Source of the DNA: an uncultured Actinomycetes bacterium
GTDB taxonomy: Bacteria; Actinomycetota; Acidimicrobiia; IMCC26256; PALSA-555
Length of the DNA: 64,000 nucleotides
Assembly: GCA_903899845.1 (NCBI GenBank)
Contig: CAIUKV010000251.1
Coordinates: 82,026 to 146,025 of the forward strand
Reading direction: 5' to 3'
A model generated the notes under the pieces. That model saw only the letters and a list, made by a program, of their open reading frames with translations. It ran no database searches and was not told where the DNA came from. Position numbers and translations under genes: made by a program. Below, piece by piece: positions 52,738-59,717 of the stretch (positions are counted from its first letter, which is position 1; every line of letters starts with the position of its first letter).

Positions 52738-54018
52738 ATGTCCGGGCGTACCGGTCGACGGTCCCGAGCGCGCGTGCGGCCCCGGTGGCTCCCGGGGTCC
52801 CGGTGGCCCGTGGTGCCCGTGGTGCTCGTGGTGCTCGTGGTGCTGGCGTCGACGCTCGGTCCGGTCGCCCCTCCGGCCGGTGGCCAGTCCCTGGGCGAGC
52901 TGGTCGACGACCTGGGGCGGGTCCGGGCCTCGCTCGACACGGCCAACGCCCAGTTGATGACCACCCGCGAGCAGCGGATCGTGCTGCAGGGACAGATCGC
53001 CGAGGTCGGCACCCAGATCGACGGCCTGCGAGGTCGCATCGCCGCCGCCCAGGCCGAGATCGACCGCCTCGTGGCTGAGCGCGAGGCGATCCGCCAGGTG
53101 GTGCGGGCCCGGGCCCTGGTGCTCTACCAGCAGCGTCGTCCGGCCGTCCCCACCGCGACGCTCGACTTCGACGCCCCGATGGACCTGGCCCGCCGCCAGG
53201 TGCTGGGTCGGGCCGCCGCCCGCCAGGACGAGGACGCCCGCAGCGCGCTCGCCGCGGCGGGCGACGCGCTCGCGACCGCCCGTGACCAGCTGGCCGCCGA
53301 GCGGGCCCAGCTCGAGGGCCAGGAGGCCGAGCTCGCCGCCCGCCGCCGCCAGCTCGACGAGATCGACGTCCGGATCCGGGCCCAGCAGGCCGAGCTCGAT
53401 GCCCGGGCCCGGGACCTCCAGGGGCGGATCCAGGCCGCCATCGCGGCCGGGGTGATCGCCGCCGGCGGACCGAGCCTGGTCGGACCCACCGCGCTCAGCG
53501 CTGCGCAGATGGCCGCCTGGTGGCGCTCGGTCGGGTACTCCGGGTACAGCGTGTCGGTCCCCATCGAGACCCTGGCCCAGATCTACGTGGCCGAGGGCAC
53601 CGCCGAGGGCGTCCGGGGGGACCTCGCCTTCGCCCAGGCGGTCGTGGAGACGGGCGGCTTCCGCTACACGAACCCCGGCAACAACTTCGCGGGCATGGGC
53701 TGGTGCGACTCGTGCAGCAACGGCCGCCGGTTCCCCACCCCGACCGACGGCGTCCGGGCCCAGATCCAGCACCTCCGCAACTACGGCGACCCGGCGTCGC
53801 GCGCCGCGAACCTGGCCCGGCCGCCGTCGCCCTACTGGTACGCGCCGACCAGCCTCGACCCGGCGGTCGCCGCGGCCAACTTCGACTCGTTCTTCGCGAA
53901 GGGGTGGGCGCTGACCTGGAACCAGATGGGCCGCGGTAACTGGGCCACCGATCCCAACTACGCCCAGAAGGTCCTCACCGTCTACAGCCGGATGGTGGCG
54001 TTCGCCTCGGGCACCTGA
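52738..54018 (+). CDS. Secreted/anchored coiled-coil protein with C-terminal glucosaminidase-type peptidoglycan hydrolase domain
   Basis: Basic N-terminus plus a hydrophobic anchor. About 200 aa are heptad-like and Q/E/R/A-rich. C-terminal FAQAVVETGGF...NNFAGMG. Confidence 0.8.
   Translation: MSGRTGRRSRARVRPRWLPGSRWPVVPVVLVVLVVLASTLGPVAPPAGGQSLGELVDDLGRVRASLDTANAQLMTTREQRIVLQGQIAEVGTQIDGLRGRIAAAQAEIDRLVAEREAIRQVVRARALVLYQQRRPAVPTATLDFDAPMDLARRQVLGRAAARQDEDARSALAAAGDALATARDQLAAERAQLEGQEAELAARRRQLDEIDVRIRAQQAELDARARDLQGRIQAAIAAGVIAAGGPSLVGPTALSAAQMAAWWRSVGYSGYSVSVPIETLAQIYVAEGTAEGVRGDLAFAQAVVETGGFRYTNPGNNFAGMGWCDSCSNGRRFPTPTDGVRAQIQHLRNYGDPASRAANLARPPSPYWYAPTSLDPAVAAANFDSFFAKGWALTWNQMGRGNWATDPNYAQKVLTVYSRMVAFASGT
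52809..52844. repeat. 9-bp tandem repeat x4 (CGTGGTGCY) inside the signal-anchor coding region
   Basis: Encodes PVVPVVLVVLVVL. Confidence 0.8.
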
Positions 54019-54028
54019 GGCGGCGCGC

Positions 54029-54991
54029 TCACCAGTGGTGGTGACCGTCGGCGGGGTCGGCGGGCGCCTCGACCCCGAAGCGGCGGCGGACCTCGGCGAG
54101 CGCGAGCGGGGCCAGGGCGAAGTGGTCGGCGGTGGAGCAGTCGGCGGTGCACCGCGCTCCGCGGGCGAGCTCCTCGCCGAGCAGTCGTGCGGCGTCGGCG
54201 TCGGCGAGGACGCGTGCCTCGGTCCCGAACGTCGGCGACGACCCGAGCCCGGCCTCGTGCACGACGAGCGAGCACAACAGGGCGCCGACGTTGGTCGGGG
54301 TGTCGTCCATCGCCATCTGGAACGCGCTGAGCGCGATCTCCCCCGCGGCCGTGGGCTCGATCCCGGCGATGACGTGGGTCATGTCGTGGGCCACGAAGAA
54401 GTGGTTCATCGAGTGCGCCACCGCTCCGGGGAGACCGATCCCGTGCCGCTCGTAGAACGCGAGGTACGCCCGCCCGAGGGACCCGTCGGGCAGGTCGGCG
54501 AATGCCGCCACCCGCGCCGCGAGGCCCGGCTCGGGCCGGTCGGCGCTGGCCCGTGGCGTCAGGCCCGCCTCGTGACGGGCCTCGATGCTCGCGTCGAGGA
54601 ACCGGGCGAAGTCGGCTGCGGCGCGCTCGGTGCCCTCGGCGACCGCGGTCCGGAACAGCGCGAGGTCGGGACCGGTCACGGCGAGCGCGGTGCAGTACTC
54701 CTCCACCCGGTCCACCTGCTCGGATGTGAGCGGGTGTCGGCACGCCTCGAGCGTGAACAGGATCTCGTGGAAGCGCCGACGCGCAGCCCGGTCGACGATC
54801 GCGGTCGCGGTCGCGGCCGGGTCGGTACCCACCAGCGCGGCGGGGTCGAGGTCCGGGCGCTCCCAGAGGTGGACCGTCACCGCCCGGAGCACGGTCAGCT
54901 GCTCGGTGGTGGGCCCGTCGCCCACGTCGATCGCGCCGACGAGGCCCCGCACGACCGGCTCGACCAGGGCGGGCGGCACGAGACGGGGCAC
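54029..54991 (-). CDS. Coq4-family-like protein (HDxxH-x11-E motif)
   Basis: FFVAHDMTHVIAGIEPTAAGEIALSAF matches the Coq4 Zn-ligand pattern. Start GTG 54991 chosen from the TAGCGT-N7 context (GTG 55000 alternative). Confidence 0.6.
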   Translation of the reverse strand: MPRLVPPALVEPVVRGLVGAIDVGDGPTTEQLTVLRAVTVHLWERPDLDPAALVGTDPAATATAIVDRAARRRFHEILFTLEACRHPLTSEQVDRVEEYCTALAVTGPDLALFRTAVAEGTERAAADFARFLDASIEARHEAGLTPRASADRPEPGLAARVAAFADLPDGSLGRAYLAFYERHGIGLPGAVAHSMNHFFVAHDMTHVIAGIEPTAAGEIALSAFQMAMDDTPTNVGALLCSLVVHEAGLGSSPTFGTEARVLADADAARLLGEELARGARCTADCSTADHFALAPLALAEVRRRFGVEAPADPADGHHHW

Positions 54992-54998
54992 GACCGGC

Positions 54999-55004
54999 AC
55001 GCTA
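54999..55004 (-). promoter_or_regulatory. -10-like TAGCGT, 7 nt before GTG 54991
   Basis: Minus strand reads TAGCGT gccggtc GTG. Confidence 0.35.
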
Positions 55005-55098
55005 TCGGGACGCCCACCCGTCCTACACTCACCGAGGCACTCGTCCCGGGGCCGGACCCGGTCCGCGTCCCTGCCGCCCGACCCCGACGGAGCACCCG

Positions 55099-56493
55099 AT
55101 GGCCGCGACCCCCGGTACGACGGAGCCACGCGGGCACGCGACGCGTCGCCTCGATCCCCGCCGCTGGCGGGTGGGCACCCGGATCGCCGTCGCGATGGTC
55201 CTGTTCGCGACGGTCCCCCTCATTCTCCTCGCCGACGCCGGGGCCGACCGGCTCCGGAACGAGGCGGAACGCGACGCCCGGACCCAGCTCAGCGGCCTCG
55301 CGGCGGCGGTGGCCGCCGGCCTCGACGCCGAGGTGCAAGCGAACCTCGATCTGGTGGAGGCGACCGCCCGGAGCCGGGCCGTCGTCGACTTCGCCGCCGA
55401 CCCGACCCCGGCCCGCACCGCGGCGGTCCAGGCCGAGCTCGACACGCTGAAGGCGACGCACGCCTCGGCCGGGATCTTCTTCGTGCTCGACCCCGCCGGC
55501 ATCGCGGTCGCCAGCTCCGACCGGGCGATCCTCGGCGGCTCCTACGCCTTCCGCCCGTACTTCCAGGACGCCGTCGCCGGAACCACGAACGTGAGCGAGG
55601 TCTACCTCCCCATCGGGACGACCTCGGGCGTGCCCGGCACCGCCTTCGCCACCCCGATCCGGGCCGGCGGGACGACCGGGCCGGTCACGGGCGTGATGGT
55701 CATCAAGAGCGACGCCCTGACCGTGTCACGCTCCCTGACCACCGGCCCGGGCCAGCGCGCCTTCATCGTGGAGTCCACCGGGATCGTCTCGGCCCACCCC
55801 GATCCGGCGATCCGCTTCTCGAGCCTGGCCCCGCTGACCGACGCGCAGCAGGCCGACGCCGCCGCCGCCCGTCGCTTCGACGGACCCGTCGCCACCGTTG
55901 CGGGCACCCCGGAGGTCAGAGCCCTCGTCGGGGCCACCGAACCCGGGATCGCGACCGGCACCCTCGCCGGGTCCGACGTCGTCGTGGCCTGGCGCCCCAT
56001 CCCGTCGACCGACTGGGTCGCAGCCGTGAGCGAGCCGACGTCGGCGTACACGGAAGCCGGCGACCGGGCCCGCCGCGACGCCCTCCTGGTCGCGGCCGCC
56101 GTGGCGGTCGTCGTCGCGCTCCTCGCCGTCGTCGTGGCCCGTCGTATCGGTCACCCGATCACGACGCTGACCGCGGCCGCCGACGCGCTCCAGTCGGGGG
56201 CCGAGGTCGACGAACCTGCGCTCGCCCGCGTGGCCCGGCGGCCCGACGACCTCGGCATCCTCGCCGGTCGGCTCACCGAGGCGGTCCGGGAGACCCGGGC
56301 GCGCGAGGCCCGGCTCGAGGCCCAGGTCGCCGCCCTCCGGGTGGAGGTCGACCAGTCCCGGCGGGCCCAGGACGTGGCCGCCGTGGTGGAGTCGGAGGCG
56401 TTCACCGACATCGCCGCCTGGGCCGCCGACCTGCGCCGCCGGACCCGGGCCGCGGACGCAGGCGACCAGACGGACGGGGAGGTCGGGCCGTGA
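55099..56493 (+). CDS. Membrane sensor: TM - Cache-like periplasmic domain - TM - HAMP - coiled coil, with no recognisable output domain
   Basis: TM1 IAVAMVLFATVPLILLA. Cache-like block YAFRPYFQDA...VSEVY...ATPI...GVMVIKSD. TM2 LLVAAAVAVVVALLAVVVA. HAMP RRIGHPITTL...DDLGILAG. The protein ends about 100 aa later. Confidence 0.75.
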   Translation: MAATPGTTEPRGHATRRLDPRRWRVGTRIAVAMVLFATVPLILLADAGADRLRNEAERDARTQLSGLAAAVAAGLDAEVQANLDLVEATARSRAVVDFAADPTPARTAAVQAELDTLKATHASAGIFFVLDPAGIAVASSDRAILGGSYAFRPYFQDAVAGTTNVSEVYLPIGTTSGVPGTAFATPIRAGGTTGPVTGVMVIKSDALTVSRSLTTGPGQRAFIVESTGIVSAHPDPAIRFSSLAPLTDAQQADAAAARRFDGPVATVAGTPEVRALVGATEPGIATGTLAGSDVVVAWRPIPSTDWVAAVSEPTSAYTEAGDRARRDALLVAAAVAVVVALLAVVVARRIGHPITTLTAAADALQSGAEVDEPALARVARRPDDLGILAGRLTEAVRETRAREARLEAQVAALRVEVDQSRRAQDVAAVVESEAFTDIAAWAADLRRRTRAADAGDQTDGEVGP

Positions 56494-57257
56494 CCCGGTT
56501 CGTGGTCGTCCACGGGTTCACCCGCCGGGTCGGGGCCAGCACGCTGGCCGCGAACCTCGCGCTCGTCCTGGCCCGGTCGGGCCTGCGGGTCGCGCTCGTC
56601 GACACGCACCGCCAGCGCGACAGCATCGGCCCGGCCCTCGGGGTCCGGGCGCAGACGCGGGCGTTCATCGACGCCTGCCGGCTCCCGGGCGCCCCGGAGC
56701 TCCTCGACGACCGGTCCGCCGACTTCCGCCTGCCCGCCGGTGCGCTGGTCGTCCTCCCCGGCGGCCACGACGCCCCCCGGCCCCACGCCGATCCGACCGT
56801 CAGCGCCGACGAGATCACCGCCCTCCTCGGTGCGGTGACGGCGGCGTCGTCCGCCGACTTCGTGGTCCTCGACGGCGAGGCGGGCCTCCACCTCGAGACC
56901 ATGGCCCTGCTCGCGGTGGCCGACGTGCTCGTCGAGGTCATCGAGCCCGAGCCCGCCGGGCACCAGGGCAGCGCGGTCACCCTCGACGTGGCCGAGCGCC
57001 TCGGTGTCCCCCGCCGCCGGATCGTGATGAACCGCGCGCCCGAGGCCCCGGTCCCCGACGTGGACCGCGTCGTGCTCGAGTCCGCGTTCCGCGTGCCGCT
57101 CCTCGGCGCCCTGCCCGAGGCGCCCGAGCTGGACCCGCCGGGCGAGGGCGCGTTCGTGCTCGGGCATCCCGCGCACCCCTGGTCGGCCGCGCTCTACGCC
57201 GTCGCGTCGGCCCTGCTCGACGACGAGATGACCGCGCGCGGGGTCGTCGGCCCCTGA
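56490..57257 (+). CDS. MinD/ParA-fold protein with degenerate Walker A (probable pseudo-ATPase)
   Basis: RFVVVHGFTRRVGASTLAANLALVLARSGLRVALVD aligns by eye with MinD RIIVVTSGKGGVGKTT.... Both P-loop lysines are absent. The Walker B-like FVVLDGEAG is retained. GTGA overlap with the sensor gene. Confidence 0.7.
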   Translation: MTRFVVVHGFTRRVGASTLAANLALVLARSGLRVALVDTHRQRDSIGPALGVRAQTRAFIDACRLPGAPELLDDRSADFRLPAGALVVLPGGHDAPRPHADPTVSADEITALLGAVTAASSADFVVLDGEAGLHLETMALLAVADVLVEVIEPEPAGHQGSAVTLDVAERLGVPRRRIVMNRAPEAPVPDVDRVVLESAFRVPLLGALPEAPELDPPGEGAFVLGHPAHPWSAALYAVASALLDDEMTARGVVGP

Positions 57258-57303
57258 CCGGCCCCTGACCGGCCCCTGACCGGCGACGGTCCGGCGACGG
57301 TCA
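57249..57303. repeat. 11-bp-period tandem array: GGCCCCTGACC x3, then GGCGACGGTCC and GGCGACGGTCA
   Basis: Spans the whole convergent junction. Includes the stop codons of both flanking genes. Confidence 0.9.
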
Positions 57304-58407
57304 GCCGGCGAGTGCCGTGGCCGCGGCGTAGGAGAGCGGGATGCCGACCGCCACGTTGATCGGGAAGGTGATGCCGAGGGCGAGGGTGAAGTAGCGGCTC
57401 GGGCGCGCCTCGGGGATGGCGTAGCGCACCACCGCGGGCACCACGATGTAGCTCCCGCTCGCCGCGAGGACGGCGAGCAGGGTGAGGTCCCCCACCCCGA
57501 GGCCCAGGGCGCTGCCGAGGGCGAGCGCGGCGGCGCCGTTCACGAACGGCACCACGACGCCGAAGCCGATCAGGAACGGGCCGACGTCGCGGACCTCGCG
57601 CAGCTGCCGCGCCACCAGCAGGCCCATCTCGAGCAGGAAGAAGGCGAGCAGACCCTTGAACAGGTCCTCGGTGAAGGGCGCCATCGCACGCCCGCCGGCG
57701 TCGCCACTGACCGCGCCCACCACCAGCGATCCGATGAGGAGGAGGTGCGCACCGTCGGTGAACGCCTCGCGCAGCACCTCCCCGATCGACAGCGGCGTCC
57801 CGGACCCGGCGTGGCCGGTCTCGTCGGGGCCCGGCTGCCCCGACGGGTGCGCCGCCTCGGGGACGATCGTCCCGGCGTCGATCGACGCCAGACCCGCCGC
57901 CGGGCCGGCGACCCCGTCGGCGAGACCGTGCGGGGCCACGCCGGACCGGGACCGGACCCACGTGGCCAGGAGGACGGCCATCACGATCGCGGGCGACTCC
58001 ATGATCACCAGGGCGACGGTGAGGTAGCCGCCCGCCGGGTCACCGCGGCCGGCCACGAACTGGGAGGCGGTCACGAACGTGACAGCGCTGACCGACCCGT
58101 AGGTGGCGGCGATCGCCGCAGCGTCGAACGCGTTCACCCGCTTCCGCAGCACGACGAACCAGACCGCCGGGATCACCAGGGCGAGGAGCAACGCGGCGCC
58201 GAGGACCTTCACGGCGTCGCCGCCGATGCCCGCGTCGGCGAGCGCCTGGCCACCCTTGAAGCCGAGCGCCATGAGCAGGTAGAGCGAGAGGAACTTGGCG
58301 ATCGCGGCCGGGATCTCGAGGTTGGAGCGGACCAGGCCGATCACGAGACCGAGGAAGAAGAACAGGACGGCCGGGTCGGTCAGGTTCTTCAGGACGTCGG
58401 CGTCCAC
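57301..58407 (-). CDS. SbtA-like (sodium-dependent bicarbonate transporter family, PF05982) permease
   Basis: LTDPAVLFFFLGLVIGLVRSNLEIP...KFLSLYLLMALGFKGG. Two 5-TM halves are separated by a Gly/Pro-rich loop. Confidence 0.8.
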   Translation of the reverse strand: MDADVLKNLTDPAVLFFFLGLVIGLVRSNLEIPAAIAKFLSLYLLMALGFKGGQALADAGIGGDAVKVLGAALLLALVIPAVWFVVLRKRVNAFDAAAIAATYGSVSAVTFVTASQFVAGRGDPAGGYLTVALVIMESPAIVMAVLLATWVRSRSGVAPHGLADGVAGPAAGLASIDAGTIVPEAAHPSGQPGPDETGHAGSGTPLSIGEVLREAFTDGAHLLLIGSLVVGAVSGDAGGRAMAPFTEDLFKGLLAFFLLEMGLLVARQLREVRDVGPFLIGFGVVVPFVNGAAALALGSALGLGVGDLTLLAVLAASGSYIVVPAVVRYAIPEARPSRYFTLALGITFPINVAVGIPLSYAAATALAG

Positions 58408-58442
58408 GGCTGCCCCCGCTGCGTCGTCGGACTGGGCCCCGA

Positions 58443-58448
58443 ATCATA
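58443..58448 (-). promoter_or_regulatory. -10-like TATGAT upstream of the SbtA-like gene
   Basis: Lies in the most AT-rich patch of the window, about 35 nt upstream of GTG 58407. Confidence 0.35.
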
Positions 58449-58524
58449 GGACCTTAGTTACCGGAAAGCCGGTTCTATTGTCCGCGCCCTGCCGCCCGCC
58501 CCGCCTGCGGCCTCGTTCGCCGCC

Positions 58525-59508
58525 TCACTCGCAGCCGACCCCGTCGCCGTCCCGGTCGAGGGCGGCCCGGTAGCCCGGGTCACCGACCCGGACCGGCGCA
58601 GCCCCGGCGAGGCGGGCCGCCGTGCAGTTGGCGTAGTAGACGCTGCCGTCGCCCGCCGGCGGGGCGGGCGCCGGGCCGGGCGGCGCGGCCGGGGCGGCGG
58701 GGACCGGGGTCACCGGGGCGCCGGCCGGGCACCCGGCGAGCATGTTGGCGAGGGCGTTGCGCTCGGCCGGGTCCACCGTGAGCCCCCACCGCACCTTGGT
58801 CGCGATCCAGGCGTCGGCGAACTCGCACCACGCCGAGCGGTTCGGCGGCTGCCACTCGGCCGGGTCGCGGTCGGACTTCGACCGGTTGGTCGATGCCGTG
58901 ACCGCGATGAGCGCCCGCGGGTCCCCGAGGTCGTTGGCGAACGCCCGCCGCCGCCCTGCGTCCCACGCCCAGGCCCCGGAGTCCCACGCCTCGGCGAGGG
59001 CCACCACGTGGTCGACGTCGAGCTCCGAGGAGCTGTCGGTCGAGTACCCGTCGTAGATCGACAGCCACCCCACGGTCAGGCCCGGCAGATCGGTTCGCCG
59101 CTCGGCGGCCAGCACCTCGCAGCGGGTGTCGCAGCCGTCGCCGTCGTCGTCGACCCAGTGCACGAACAGCCCCCGGTCGTAGCCGGGGCGGGGACCCTCG
59201 GCCTCGACCACGAGCCGGTCGAGGTCGGCGGCGGCCGCGGCCACGACGGGCGCCCGGGCCGGGGCCGGAGCCGTCGGCCGCACGGTGGGGGGCACCGTCG
59301 ACGGCGGGACGGTCGCTCGCGTGGTGGGCGGGACCGTGGGCGGGGAGGTCGCGACCGGTGCCGGACGCTCGGCGCTGCGCACCTCGGGGTCCGTCCCGCC
59401 GCACTGCTCGAGCACCACCGCCAGCACCAGGACGGCCCCGGCCACGAGGGCGACCCGGCGCCAGCCGACGCGCGCGCCGAGCCGGGACGGCGACCCTGGG
59501 GAATTCAT
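58525..59508 (-). CDS. Secreted DUF1524 (HNH/GmrSD-C-like) nuclease fused to an Excalibur Ca-binding domain
   Basis: Signal anchor, Pro/Thr linker, DVDHVVALAEAWDSGA...NRSKSDRDPAEWQPP, and C-terminal DRDGDGVGCE. Confidence 0.8.
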   Translation of the reverse strand: MNSPGSPSRLGARVGWRRVALVAGAVLVLAVVLEQCGGTDPEVRSAERPAPVATSPPTVPPTTRATVPPSTVPPTVRPTAPAPARAPVVAAAAADLDRLVVEAEGPRPGYDRGLFVHWVDDDGDGCDTRCEVLAAERRTDLPGLTVGWLSIYDGYSTDSSSELDVDHVVALAEAWDSGAWAWDAGRRRAFANDLGDPRALIAVTASTNRSKSDRDPAEWQPPNRSAWCEFADAWIATKVRWGLTVDPAERNALANMLAGCPAGAPVTPVPAAPAAPPGPAPAPPAGDGSVYYANCTAARLAGAAPVRVGDPGYRAALDRDGDGVGCE

Positions 59509-59587
59509 GTCCTCATTGTTCCATTTCGGAGGCTCCGGCAGGGGGCATCGGAGGACGTCGACCCCCGGGAGGAGACCCGACGGCACC

Positions 59588-59614
59588 CACCGCCCCCACC
59601 GCCCCCACCGCCCC
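59588..59614. repeat. 9-bp tandem repeat x3 (CACCGCCCC)
   Basis: In the 209-bp divergent intergenic region. Confidence 0.85.
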
Positions 59615-59674
59615 GGCGAGACCCCGGCGCAAGGTCCTGTCAAGGTCGCCTCCGTACCCTCCCTCCCGACCGAC

Positions 59675-59707
59675 CGATCGAGGGGCGATCGGGGGGCGAC
59701 CGAGGGG
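59675..59707. repeat. 11-bp tandem repeat x3 (CGATCGAGGGG, CGATCGGGGGG, CGACCGAGGGG)
   Basis: Lies immediately upstream of, and merges into, the SD sequence of CDS 59718. Confidence 0.85.
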
Positions 59708-59717
59708 GAGGACCACC

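Noticed and set aside
54585-56489. Upstream 635 codons of ORF 54585..57257
   Set aside because: It overlaps the Coq4-like and sensor genes in other frames. Only the part from GTG 56490, which has a GGGGAGG SD sequence and a GTGA junction, shows a MinD-like fold pattern.
58441-58524. AT-richer patch with the ACCGG-aaag-CCGGT hairpin, considered as a small RNA or horizontally acquired scar
   Set aside because: It is too short. No flanking repeats or integrase are present. It is more simply the terminator region of the nuclease gene plus the promoter region of the SbtA-like gene.
7229-59707. Whether the short tandem repeats (8-38 bp units at 7229, 19402, 47990, 52291, 57249, 59588 and 59675) are CRISPR arrays or a mobile-element signature
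   Set aside because: Copies are directly abutting or nearly so, and there are only 2-5 copies with no unique spacers. Units are unrelated to each other. No cas, transposase or integrase genes are present. They are treated as local microsatellite-like repeats.
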